From positions 1 to 64,000 of the IMG/VR virus record IMGVR_UViG_3300031134_000001: DNA of 64,000 bases; one strand, given 5' to 3'. Positions 16,563-25,422 of this stretch are shown here, in pieces (within the stretch, counting starts at the first letter, position 1; each line of letters opens with the position of its first letter). Under the pieces are notes generated by a model. The model searched no databases, was not told the origin of the DNA, and was given only the letters and a program-made list of their open reading frames with translations. Source of the DNA: a virus. Its lineage: Duplodnaviria; Caudoviricetes. The position numbers were made by a program, and so were the translations under genes.

Positions 16563-17429
16563 TTACTTCGACTTGTCCATGTCTTTGAGGATCTGGCTGA
16601 TCTTGTTCATGGTGTCGCCAATGGCGGTGTTGATCGTTACCGTGCGGAAGTACGTGGCCGCAAACAGTTCGAGTTCAGCGCCGACTTGGTAAGCACCGGA
16701 GGCCAGGTTGTTCACCACTTCAGGACCAGCACCTTCAAATTCGTTGTTGCGAATCTGCTTGATGATGATGCCCAGCTGAGTGTTGCACTCTTCGGCTTTC
16801 TTGTGCAGGTCATCGCGATTGATCGTGTTGACCAGGTGATCGATCTCGGTGACCAGCTTGAACACTTCTGGCCAGTCCGCATTACGATCCACCACGTCGC
16901 CGTAGGTACGCTCAGCCCGCGAGGAACCCATTTTAAAGCACTTGGACAGGCGCTTGTTCAGTTCGGTACGGGACTTCTCCATCTTCGCGTACAACGCGTC
17001 GTGGGGCATCGTAGTGACTTTGAGCTGGCGGTTGGTGATGATCTGCGCCAGGTACATCGAGTACTCGTTGAGCGAGTGCATCGTCACGGTGTGGCAATGC
17101 TGCACTGCTTCGCGTACCAGCATCAGGTATTCGATGTAGGCAACTTCCAGACCTTCCGGAACATATGCAATCAACGGTGACAGATTCAGGTAAATCCGAC
17201 CGTCGAGCAGGCGCATGAAATCGCGTTCGTTGCTCTTGAGTTGGACGGCTGGCTCGCTGCGGCTGAAGTTGTGGATGAAGCTTTGGAAGTTCTTCTGGAT
17301 GCTTGGCATCAGATTTTGCAGCGAGTTGGCAATGCCGGCCATCGAGAAGGTCTCGTGGCTGATCATCGTGCGCAGGTGATCCATGTCGTTCAGTGGATCT
17401 GTTTTCACAAGAGGTTGGACTAATTTCAT
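16563..17429 (-). CDS. Conserved phiKZ-like (head) protein, gp153-like by position
   Basis: Helical ~288-aa ORF; start moved to ATG 17429; lies between RNase H and UvsX as in phiKZ-like gene order. Confidence 0.6.
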   Translation of the reverse strand: MKLVQPLVKTDPLNDMDHLRTMISHETFSMAGIANSLQNLMPSIQKNFQSFIHNFSRSEPAVQLKSNERDFMRLLDGRIYLNLSPLIAYVPEGLEVAYIEYLMLVREAVQHCHTVTMHSLNEYSMYLAQIITNRQLKVTTMPHDALYAKMEKSRTELNKRLSKCFKMGSSRAERTYGDVVDRNADWPEVFKLVTEIDHLVNTINRDDLHKKAEECNTQLGIIIKQIRNNEFEGAGPEVVNNLASGAYQVGAELELFAATYFRTVTINTAIGDTMNKISQILKDMDKSK

Positions 17430-17577
17430 GGTCTTAATTTTCCACAGAAGTTGGTTAACAAATAGGTAGCCGATCACAATATCGGAATTGTACACATAAA
17501 ATTAAAGCCAGAGTTATCATAATCTGGTCAAGGACGTTTCGGCGTTCATCATTTCACCCAAGAACGGAGTACTCCTC

Positions 17578-19158
17578 GTGAGCTTATTACCCGGTAACCT
17601 GCAACAGGCCGCCTATATCAACCCATCCATTCCAGTCGGATGTGGCTTTGATATCCTGAACGGCGTGCTTTATAAAGGACTGCACCGTCAGTTCATCCTC
17701 TCGGGCGGTTTGTCCTACATCATGGGAATTGCCGCCAAAGGTAACGTGGGTAAGTCCACGCTGGCCGAGTGGTTCATGTATACCGCCATGTGCCGTGTGA
17801 CGTCGTGGGAATTCGAGACGCCAAGCGCCGGTATCTTCTACGACACGGAAATCAACAAGAACGAACCACGCATGACCGAACTGCAACTGGCCATCAAAGG
17901 TCTGTGCGGTCGTGATCTGTTCTCGGCTGGTCGCTTTAGCCTGACCAACAAAGTCCAGTACAGCGGCAACAAGTTCTTCGACATGATCAAAGACTGGCTC
18001 GATGCCAAGCGCAAAGATCGCAAAAACAGCTTCAACACCCCATTCGCTGACCGCGGTGGCAAGACCAACTTCAAGATGTTCGTACCAACGTTCTGCGCCG
18101 TGGACTCGTTGTCGGAATTCGATACCGACGATATCGACAAGGTCCGCGATAAAACGGAACTGGGTACGGGCGATCAGAACATCCTGAATATGCGCGCCGG
18201 TCTGGTCAAGGCCAACTTCCTGACCGAACTGCCACGCGTGACCATCCAGGCCAACAACTACACCGTGCTCGTAGCCCAGATGGGTAAGAACATGGACGTG
18301 GGTGCTTCGCCACACGCACCGAAACCGCAGCAGCTCAAGAACCTGCCAGCATCGGAAGCCATCAAAGGCGCCACTGCCAAGTTCACGTTCGCCACGCACG
18401 ACTGCTGGTGGATCGAAAGCTCGGCCCCGCTGTGGGACGATGAGATGAAGCCGGAGTACGTGATCGAGCCAGCCATGGCCCGTTCCAAAGACACCGACCT
18501 GCAAAAGACCAAGCTCAAGCAGCTGCGCTCCAAAGGCGGCCCATCTGGCGTGATCCACGAAATCCTCGTGTCGCAAAAGAACGGCATCCAGCCAGAGCTG
18601 ACCGAGTTCCACTACCTGCGTAGCTGCAAGCGTTGGGGTATGGAAGTCTCCGGTGGCGGTGGTTCGATCATGGAGATGCAACTCTACCCAGGCGTGAAGG
18701 TCAGTCGTCACACCGTCCGTATGCGCATCGACGAAGATCCGCTGTTCTGCAAGGCGCTGAACTTCACGATGGAAATGAAGCAGATGGAAGAACACTGGCC
18801 GTACGTCACTGAAGAAGGTTGGTTCGTCGATCCGGCAGAACTGTACCGCGGTTTGACCGCACGTGGTTACGACTGGAAGGTACTGCTCAACACCCGTGGC
18901 TACTGGTGTCTGGGCGAGGGCAAGGTGCCTGAACTGTGCACGTTCGACTTGTGGCGTATGTACCACGGCGGGTACCACCCGTACTGGTACGACAAAGCGG
19001 TCGGCGCTGAAGCTGCCAAGAAGGTCAACAAAGGCCCTCTGGAAGCCTTCATGAGCACGCTGCATCTCGGTCCTCTGTTGATCGATCTGCGTGAAGCCAA
19101 AGAGATCTACGGCTTTGCTAAGCCGATGGATGCTGCATCGGAACTCAAAGCAGCATAA
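17578..19158 (+). CDS. uvsX: UvsX/RecA-like recombinase
   Basis: GTG start after GGAG; Walker A GIAAKGNVGKST, FYDTE, Walker B AVDSLS; phiKZ-type C-terminal YDWKVLLNTRGYW...YHPYW. Confidence 0.88.
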   Translation: MSLLPGNLQQAAYINPSIPVGCGFDILNGVLYKGLHRQFILSGGLSYIMGIAAKGNVGKSTLAEWFMYTAMCRVTSWEFETPSAGIFYDTEINKNEPRMTELQLAIKGLCGRDLFSAGRFSLTNKVQYSGNKFFDMIKDWLDAKRKDRKNSFNTPFADRGGKTNFKMFVPTFCAVDSLSEFDTDDIDKVRDKTELGTGDQNILNMRAGLVKANFLTELPRVTIQANNYTVLVAQMGKNMDVGASPHAPKPQQLKNLPASEAIKGATAKFTFATHDCWWIESSAPLWDDEMKPEYVIEPAMARSKDTDLQKTKLKQLRSKGGPSGVIHEILVSQKNGIQPELTEFHYLRSCKRWGMEVSGGGGSIMEMQLYPGVKVSRHTVRMRIDEDPLFCKALNFTMEMKQMEEHWPYVTEEGWFVDPAELYRGLTARGYDWKVLLNTRGYWCLGEGKVPELCTFDLWRMYHGGYHPYWYDKAVGAEAAKKVNKGPLEAFMSTLHLGPLLIDLREAKEIYGFAKPMDAASELKAA

Positions 19159-19167
19159 TAAAAACGT

Positions 19168-19193
19168 GGTGGCGTGTTTAACGACGCGCCACC
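19168..19193 (+). terminator. Hairpin downstream of uvsX
   Basis: ggtggcgtg...cgcgccacc 9-bp stem, no long U tract. Confidence 0.4.
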
Positions 19194-19278
19194 TTACAAG
19201 GAAACAGTATCGTGGACCCTGCCGACGAAATGCACCTGGATGAAAATCCAACCAAATACAACATCAAGAAAGGTTGAT

Positions 19279-19464
19279 ATGTACGGCCCTGTATATCTCA
19301 TTATCGGTCTACTGACCGCAATCATCGGTAAGAACCTACACGGTAGCAACTGGTGGGCGTTGGCCGATTTCATCTGGTGGCCGTTAGTGTGGCTGAAGTG
19401 GATCTATTATCAAGAGGTCAATCTGACGCTTGTTGTCACGTCGTTTGACTGGTTCTTCCATTAA
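19279..19464 (+). CDS. Small membrane protein
   Basis: AAGAAAGG RBS before ATG 19279; 61 aa, Trp-rich, with two hydrophobic segments. Confidence 0.65.
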   Translation: MYGPVYLIIGLLTAIIGKNLHGSNWWALADFIWWPLVWLKWIYYQEVNLTLVVTSFDWFFH

Positions 19465-19479
19465 CACAAAACAAAAAAC

Positions 19480-19977
19480 ATGAAACTCGAACGTCAACTT
19501 GCGGCTGTGGTGCATACTGCCACCAGTAAAGCCATGTGGATGGACTTTTACAAAGCAGCGCAGAAGGTGCGTGACCGAGAGCCCAAATTCCCTGTGGGCG
19601 CCATCATCCAATCGCGTGTCGGTGATCTGCTGACCTGCGAAGTTATCGAAGGTCCAGACACGTATCTTCACAACTTCCAACCATCTTACTTGTTGCGTCC
19701 AGTTAGCGAGGTGGGTAAGCTGCCTACGATTAACCGAGCGCAAGCCGAGATCGATGTGACGTGGCATTCAGCAGCTTGCATGTTCAAGCGTGGTGATAAG
19801 ATCCGCCATGTGAAATCAAAGACCGATTACTGGGTGGTTGCCACCCCAGACGTCGCGCGTCTGGAAGAGACCAATGAACCGGCTTACGTATATCGTAGCG
19901 ACTTTAACAACCTCTGGTGGACGCGTCGCCAGAGCGAAATGGAAGACGGTCGGTTCGTCGTAGTACCAGGCTTTTAA
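19480..19977 (+). CDS. Hypothetical protein with C-terminal DUF1653-like domain
   Basis: GDKIRHVKSKTDYWVV...LEETNEPAYVYRS...WWTRRQSEMEDGRF pattern. Confidence 0.65.
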   Translation: MKLERQLAAVVHTATSKAMWMDFYKAAQKVRDREPKFPVGAIIQSRVGDLLTCEVIEGPDTYLHNFQPSYLLRPVSEVGKLPTINRAQAEIDVTWHSAACMFKRGDKIRHVKSKTDYWVVATPDVARLEETNEPAYVYRSDFNNLWWTRRQSEMEDGRFVVVPGF

Positions 19978-20041
19978 GTTGTTTCCTTGCTATTTCTTGT
20001 CAGAAATAGATTTCCTAATGTTATTTTTTTGGTAATTAAAT

Positions 20042-20494
20042 ATGTCGAATATGGATACTGTAGAAGTAGTACCGCCAAACGCAAACGACGTCACCGACGT
20101 TGAGTTCCGTGAGGTGGTTCAAGAGCAGCCAGACGATCAACCGCTGTCTATCGCGGAAACGATCACGATGGCGATGGAAGATGCGGGCGTCGTTGACGTC
20201 ATGGACTGGATGATCGGCATTGACAAAGAAGCTTTGACTTCGCCTGATCTGAACATCCAACGCTATCTCATCAACCGCCACTGGCGCGGCCTGTTTACAG
20301 GTCCGAACCTGACCAAAGACCAGATCAAGGAATCCATCAATGCGCGTGGGTGCTTGGTCGACGGTCGCTGGGAACTGGCGGATTGGCTCACTCACTTCAA
20401 AAAGGATGTCATCCCATGCGCGATCAAAGTCGGGATTCTCAAGCTGGCCCCATCGGAAAAGACGGACTCGCCGACTTCAAGTATCGAGTCCTAG
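20042..20494 (+). CDS. Conserved hypothetical protein
   Basis: 150-aa acidic ORF after an AT-rich spacer. Confidence 0.7.
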   Translation: MSNMDTVEVVPPNANDVTDVEFREVVQEQPDDQPLSIAETITMAMEDAGVVDVMDWMIGIDKEALTSPDLNIQRYLINRHWRGLFTGPNLTKDQIKESINARGCLVDGRWELADWLTHFKKDVIPCAIKVGILKLAPSEKTDSPTSSIES

Positions 20495-20964
20495 TCTTTG
20501 GCATTAAAGACTTCAACGACGCTAGCCTCTTTGACCAATGCATGCAAAAATTCCTGAAGGACAATAACGTCACTCAGGAAGAAGACAAACAGCACATCGT
20601 GTTTGTCACAGGCAAAAGTGGAAGAGGTGTTGACCTTTTACTCTGCAACTGGGTGAAAGCGAATCATTACCACTGGGTAGAGTTCTTGCCCAAGTGGGAT
20701 GAAGTTGACGTTGAAGGTTCGTCCGTTAAGTACCGTGATGGCAAACCATACAACTCCCGTGCTGGTTTTTGGCGGGATGAAGAAATGGTAGAAGTTTGCA
20801 CTCACGGTGTCTCTTTCTATGACGGGGTATCATCCGATACCCGTGACATGATCGATCGTATTGCGGATTTAGGTAGTCCGTGTTCGATGTATCTTGTCAC
20901 CGTAGACAAAGACGAGGACGAACATGCCGAAGAACAGGGCCGCCGCGGAAGCGGTTATACTTAA
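20416..20964 (+). CDS. SLOG-superfamily (YspA/DUF2493-like) protein
   Basis: RVLVFGIKDFND, IVFVTGKSGRGVD, W..F..KWD, AGFWRDEEM, FYDGVSSDTRDMI. Probable start ATG 20416 (AAAGGA RBS); overlaps both neighbours. Confidence 0.7.
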   Translation: MRDQSRDSQAGPIGKDGLADFKYRVLVFGIKDFNDASLFDQCMQKFLKDNNVTQEEDKQHIVFVTGKSGRGVDLLLCNWVKANHYHWVEFLPKWDEVDVEGSSVKYRDGKPYNSRAGFWRDEEMVEVCTHGVSFYDGVSSDTRDMIDRIADLGSPCSMYLVTVDKDEDEHAEEQGRRGSGYT

Positions 20965-21598
20965 GCGCATCGAACAGATGTCACCTGGAGGTCCCACTCC
21001 AGAAATCTATCGCGCGATGTTTGCGAAGATGGATGACGTTGCGTTCGATGCCTTCATGGCCAAGTTGAAACTTCGTCAGGGACGTTTGGCGATCATCGAA
21101 GCGAACATGTCTGCTACCGGGCTAACCATTGAAAATGCGTTGGCGATGGCAAAGGACATGAAGCACGAGTTTTACCAGCGCATCTGGATCAATCCAAATG
21201 ACGGTAAGACGCCAGCGTTCTTGACGAACAAGAAGTATTTAGTACTGGACCTGCCATATCGTCGGCAAGCCCAGCTGTTGGAAAAGAAAGCCCGTATCCC
21301 AAAGCACAACCGTTCGATCGATGAATTAACTGGTCAAGCGGCGGGTGATTCAAAAGGCAGCAAACTGTCATCTCCTGAGATCCAGGTGTTGGCGGCGCTG
21401 GACTTGCCGAACATGATTACGGAACAGATTAAGTTCCGCGGCGGTGACATCAAAGGTTTCGATGCCATGAACAACATGATCGACAAGACTGGCGCGGTTT
21501 CGATGGCGTCGATTGAGCACTTGGCGAGTGGAGTTGAATCCACGCGTACGCTCTCGACTTACCTGACGGGCATGCACCTTTCGAACACCCTGGTGTAG
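20924..21598 (+). CDS. Virion RNA polymerase beta subunit, C-terminal fragment (phiKZ gp149-like)
   Basis: LPYRRQAQLLEKK, DELTGQAAGDSKGSKLSSPEIQVLAA, EQIKFRGGD, corresponding to the RpoB C-terminal GQR.GEME...L..KSDD region. Confidence 0.82.
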   Translation: MPKNRAAAEAVILKRIEQMSPGGPTPEIYRAMFAKMDDVAFDAFMAKLKLRQGRLAIIEANMSATGLTIENALAMAKDMKHEFYQRIWINPNDGKTPAFLTNKKYLVLDLPYRRQAQLLEKKARIPKHNRSIDELTGQAAGDSKGSKLSSPEIQVLAALDLPNMITEQIKFRGGDIKGFDAMNNMIDKTGAVSMASIEHLASGVESTRTLSTYLTGMHLSNTLV

Positions 21599-21634
21599 AC
21601 CGGGCTTTCTATGACTAAACAGGCGACGTAAATA

Positions 21635-22180
21635 ATGAACAATGAAATTAATGCAATCAATCAAGGACCGTTTGACTTGTCTAAGATTCGGTTGTGCTTC
21701 ATCGCCTCGATCACTCAGACTTTGCACAATCTGAGTGCTGAAGATGCGGTGATGGTGCGAGGTAAGTTAATTGGGATCATCGGTGAATACACCGTACCTT
21801 ACATGTTTTCGCCCGACTTCCTTGTGGAGCTGAGCGAGACCGTGTTTGGCAACGAAACTTTTCGCGACTGGTTGTTCAATGCGCGGTTCGTGTTCTTCAT
21901 GAACTTAGCTGCGCTGTACGGTCAAGAAATGGTGAGCTTCATCCTTGATAACTTAGCTCGTAGTGCATCGCTTGACTTGGGTGCATTGGAATTCCTAAAC
22001 GCCGAGCAGAAGGAAGCGTTTAGTGCCGCTAGTGAGGTACCCCCTCAAGTAGCGCAAGAACTGTTAGGCTATCACGAAGCGAAAGCTGCGCTTGGTGCCA
22101 ACACGTGGATGATTATAATCATGCTCGCCGTAGCATTCATCCACTTGGAGCATGAAGTATTAGACATGCCCCAGAGCTGA
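21635..22180 (+). CDS. Hypothetical protein, possible C-terminal membrane anchor
   Basis: 181 aa; hydrophobic WMIIIMLAVAFI near the C-terminus. Confidence 0.65.
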   Translation: MNNEINAINQGPFDLSKIRLCFIASITQTLHNLSAEDAVMVRGKLIGIIGEYTVPYMFSPDFLVELSETVFGNETFRDWLFNARFVFFMNLAALYGQEMVSFILDNLARSASLDLGALEFLNAEQKEAFSAASEVPPQVAQELLGYHEAKAALGANTWMIIIMLAVAFIHLEHEVLDMPQS

Positions 22181-22201
22181 TGTAACAAAAAGAAGTAAAG
22201 T

Positions 22202-22963
22202 TTGAAAGAAGTGCAGTCCATGAATTCAGTGGAGCAATCTGCGTGGTCGGGCATTCTCATCTCGTTGGATGTGTTGCTCGACACGCGCTTAGGAACCATC
22301 GCGAAATTGGGCGGTTCCGAGCTAGCAGTAGAAGTATTGAAGGGAAACTATCACAACCGTAAGGACGATAAATTTTCCAACGTAAATGTGGATGCCTTTA
22401 ACGCCATGTATGCCGCACGCGATGAAGAGACGCTTTCAAAGTCGTATTCGACTAACATCGATACATTCTTACGCGAACTCGTTCACACGCTGATAAAGCA
22501 ATCACTTGTTAGGCCGTTCCACCAAGGAGTCCGTGTTGTTGTCAATACGTATCCGTACCAGCTTTCTGACACCGTCACCCAGCAGATATTGGGAGCAGTA
22601 GTCGATAAGTTACTAGCCGACATCGAGGTCGAAGTACCTCTCACCGTCGAAGCCGAACACTTAACCGATGAGCAGCTTAATCCAGAACACTGCAAGCAGA
22701 CATATTCAGCCATGCTGATGTATGATTACGAGCACTGGTTATCGATGCAACAGGCCGCGCTTACCAAACGACCCATGCCGGAGGTCACCCTTTTTGCGCC
22801 CGCCATCTACTTTGTTCAGACGCCTACTGAAGAAGACCTAGAAGCCGCTAAACACGAATTGCAGTTACACCCATTTGAGATACTACAAAAGACCCTCCAG
22901 GGGGCAGTCGATCTTCAGTTATTGCCAATTGAACTCTTCAGCATTGTTAATCCAGCCAAATGA
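22202..22963 (+). CDS. Conserved phiKZ-like hypothetical protein
   Basis: 253-aa ORF (alternative ATG at 22220); ISLDVLLDTRLGT motif near the N-terminus. Confidence 0.65.
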   Translation: MKEVQSMNSVEQSAWSGILISLDVLLDTRLGTIAKLGGSELAVEVLKGNYHNRKDDKFSNVNVDAFNAMYAARDEETLSKSYSTNIDTFLRELVHTLIKQSLVRPFHQGVRVVVNTYPYQLSDTVTQQILGAVVDKLLADIEVEVPLTVEAEHLTDEQLNPEHCKQTYSAMLMYDYEHWLSMQQAALTKRPMPEVTLFAPAIYFVQTPTEEDLEAAKHELQLHPFEILQKTLQGAVDLQLLPIELFSIVNPAK

Positions 22964-23004
22964 CAGCATACGCCCCGCTACCCGCTCGCAAGAGCAGGTA
23001 GCGG
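22963..23004. terminator. Hairpin between convergent genes, CATA-flanked
   Basis: acagcata...ccgctacccgctc-gcaa-gagcaggtagcgg. Confidence 0.7.
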
Positions 23005-23022
23005 AGTACAATACGTGGAGAA

Positions 23023-23544
23023 CTATTCCACGGCTTGTTGTTGACCCTTAGCGAAAGCGTCGTAGGACAGTTGTTGTGTGCCGATGTCCATCTGACCTGG
23101 TACCAACGTCGGTGGTCCGTCACTGTCATCCAGACTTGGCGCCACGCGGTTCGGGTCGATATCTTTCGGATCGAGCTGGAACATACGGCTTGTCATCGCG
23201 CGCAGCAGGCCGGCGCTGTCACGCTGGGACTGTTCAGACGTCTTGGCAGCAGCTTCGTCGATACCCACACGGCGACGGCTCACAACGGCTTTGTCCATGT
23301 CGCCAGCAGTCTTGAGTAACACGTTGAGCATGTCAGCGCTGACTTCTTGCGCCAATGCTTTGTGTACGTGCTTCTGAACCTTCAGTCGTACGCCTTGGGT
23401 GTGCGTGAGAACCGCGTCCAAATCGAGTACGTCAAACGCTGGTTCAGGTTCTGGTGCAGGTGGTTCTACGATGGCCAGCGCAGCTTTGGTAGCGCTGGGA
23501 TATTCTTCGTCAATATCTTCGTAGTTGTCTTGATTGTCACTCAT
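23023..23544 (-). CDS. Hypothetical protein
   Basis: 173-aa acidic, helical ORF with AAGGAA RBS. Confidence 0.7.
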   Translation of the reverse strand: MSDNQDNYEDIDEEYPSATKAALAIVEPPAPEPEPAFDVLDLDAVLTHTQGVRLKVQKHVHKALAQEVSADMLNVLLKTAGDMDKAVVSRRRVGIDEAAAKTSEQSQRDSAGLLRAMTSRMFQLDPKDIDPNRVAPSLDDSDGPPTLVPGQMDIGTQQLSYDAFAKGQQQAVE

Positions 23545-23580
23545 GGGAGGTTCCTTAGAAAAGTGTTTACCGCTAATAAA

Positions 23581-23598
23581 TCTCAGACCTATATCATT
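23581..23598 (+). promoter_or_regulatory. Putative early-promoter-like motif (CTATATCAT)
   Basis: Variant of the CTATATCAC motif at 45630 and 61839, ~50 nt upstream of the 23649 gene; resembles the phiKZ early TATATTAC consensus. Confidence 0.4.
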
Positions 23599-23648
23599 AA
23601 AGTAGAGTCATCTGGTATGTAAACCGTTGTATTAACAAGGAGGAGTAC

Positions 23649-24173
23649 ATGTTTAAACTTTGGCAACGTGTCAAAGGCTTAATCCCAAAAATCCCATCTG
23701 CCCCAGTTGTCCCGGAAGTAAATTTCGCGGCACTGTCTGTGGTGGACAAATGTGCGTTTGTGTATAACGCGCTGGATGTGGAGCAGTTCCAAAACTACCG
23801 CCATTCCGATGGCGTGGGTAAGATGGTCAGTGTAGTGCATGTTAACATCGAGGCGTGTATGGAGGACATCGCCCAACAGATCGAGTTCATCGAAAGAGCT
23901 GGTTTCATTCCTAATGGTCGGGAATACGAGGCCACGTTCAAATACATCAACCGGTTCTTTGTCACCAAACGGAACTACTACTTAGAATCCATCTACGAAG
24001 CTGTCAAGGATCTGCGCACTGTGGTGCTCGATCTCTGCGCGGTCGTGGACAAAACCAAGGACAGTGATTACCACAGCTACAACGTGCGCATGCTTCACGC
24101 GCTTCTCTTTACTTTAACCGAACTGGGCTCCCAACTAAACGATATCGCCAACGACATCGCGTATCGCTCTTAA
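23649..24173 (+). CDS. Hypothetical protein
   Basis: 174 aa with a strong AAGGAGGAG RBS. Confidence 0.75.
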   Translation: MFKLWQRVKGLIPKIPSAPVVPEVNFAALSVVDKCAFVYNALDVEQFQNYRHSDGVGKMVSVVHVNIEACMEDIAQQIEFIERAGFIPNGREYEATFKYINRFFVTKRNYYLESIYEAVKDLRTVVLDLCAVVDKTKDSDYHSYNVRMLHALLFTLTELGSQLNDIANDIAYRS

Positions 24174-24225
24174 TTTCGTTTCTTCGTTTTCTCTTCTCTT
24201 CGCTTTATTTCTTTTGAGGTACATT

Positions 24226-24765
24226 ATGGCTGAACGTAAACAACGCCCAATCCAGCAGATCATGGAGGACCCGAACAAGGCCGTCGCTAAGACGTATAGT
24301 TCGTGGGGCATGCTCTCTAAGCTGTGGCGCATTATTTTACGGGATAACCACATGAATGGTTATCGGTTCAACGTGCTGATGGATCGCTTTCTGAAAGATC
24401 CTCGCAACAGCCCCAAAAAGTCCGAGGGTGAACACTTCGACAATCGTGGCAATCTGAACAAGGAATTTTCCAATCCAACCATGAGTTGGAAAGTGTTTAT
24501 CAAGTGCATGAAGTTCATGGGGTTCAAAGAATTCCGCTTGACGATCGAAGCGCGGCACGAGGATGGCCATATCTCGGTGCACCGCACGATGCTCAATCTG
24601 GAAGAGAATCTGCTGCTGAATGATCCGCGGTTTGCTGAGGAATTGGAACGTAGCTTGGAAGAAGCTGCCAATGACCCCGACGCGAAGAATCTGCGCGTGC
24701 CAGATGACCAAGAGCCCATTGTCTACTTGGACCCCTACCCTGGTGAAGATGAGGGCGCGGCTTAA
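24226..24765 (+). CDS. Conserved hypothetical protein
   Basis: GAGG RBS before ATG 24226; basic N-terminus and acidic tail. Confidence 0.7.
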   Translation: MAERKQRPIQQIMEDPNKAVAKTYSSWGMLSKLWRIILRDNHMNGYRFNVLMDRFLKDPRNSPKKSEGEHFDNRGNLNKEFSNPTMSWKVFIKCMKFMGFKEFRLTIEARHEDGHISVHRTMLNLEENLLLNDPRFAEELERSLEEAANDPDAKNLRVPDDQEPIVYLDPYPGEDEGAA

Positions 24766-24768
24766 ATC

Positions 24769-25365
24769 ATGACTTGTCAAACATTGGCTCCCACGATGAA
24801 TAAAATCACATCTACTTCTCTGCCAATTCCCGACCCTAAGAAGGATGGCATTGATCACATCAACGTACACTACAACGATGGCATTACCTCGCTCGGACGG
24901 CAACTGTCATCGTACTACGTCCAAGCATTTAAACACCCGTACTTCGGACCGTTTCGCTGTGTCGCCGGCTTCATGTGCTACGTGCGCACGGGCTGCCGCG
25001 ATGATGCGTTCCGAGGCATGACCGGTTCGCAAGCAACTGCGTACCTCCGCCAACAAATCAAAGAAAAGAAGCTGTCGACTTACGACATTGAGGATGAAGA
25101 GAATGTGTTGATGTTGGCCATGCATGCACGGTTGACTCAACATTCTGTGACTGCAACACTCTTCAAGAATTCCACCCTGCCGTTCGAGAATTACTTTCTC
25201 TGGAGTGACGACAAAACCGTCGCCCGCAAAGATCGTTTGCCTGCACGCCCTGCAGACTCGGCCATGGTGATTCAATCCTTAACCACGCTGCGCGAATACA
25301 TGCAGGCCGGACTCGAACCGGACCCGATCAATCGTGACGCGTACGCCAAACTGCGCAAGACCTAA
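24769..25365 (+). CDS. Hypothetical protein, possibly NADAR/T4 gp30.3-like
   Basis: DGIDHINV...TSLGRQLS...FKHPYFGPF...GFMCY pattern, recalled as NADAR-like in jumbo phages; unverified. Confidence 0.45.
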   Translation: MTCQTLAPTMNKITSTSLPIPDPKKDGIDHINVHYNDGITSLGRQLSSYYVQAFKHPYFGPFRCVAGFMCYVRTGCRDDAFRGMTGSQATAYLRQQIKEKKLSTYDIEDEENVLMLAMHARLTQHSVTATLFKNSTLPFENYFLWSDDKTVARKDRLPARPADSAMVIQSLTTLREYMQAGLEPDPINRDAYAKLRKT

Positions 25366-25377
25366 ATCAGCTTGGCT

Positions 25378-25408
25378 GAGCACTCCTTCGGGGGTGCTCT
25401 TTTTTTTG
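25378..25408 (+). terminator. Rho-independent terminator
   Basis: gagcactcc-ttcg-ggggtgctc followed by a T run. Confidence 0.88.
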
Positions 25409-25422
25409 TTTAAAGGCACGCT

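Noticed and set aside
17587-19251. 554-aa minus-strand ORF
   Set aside because: Antisense to uvsX; shadow ORF.
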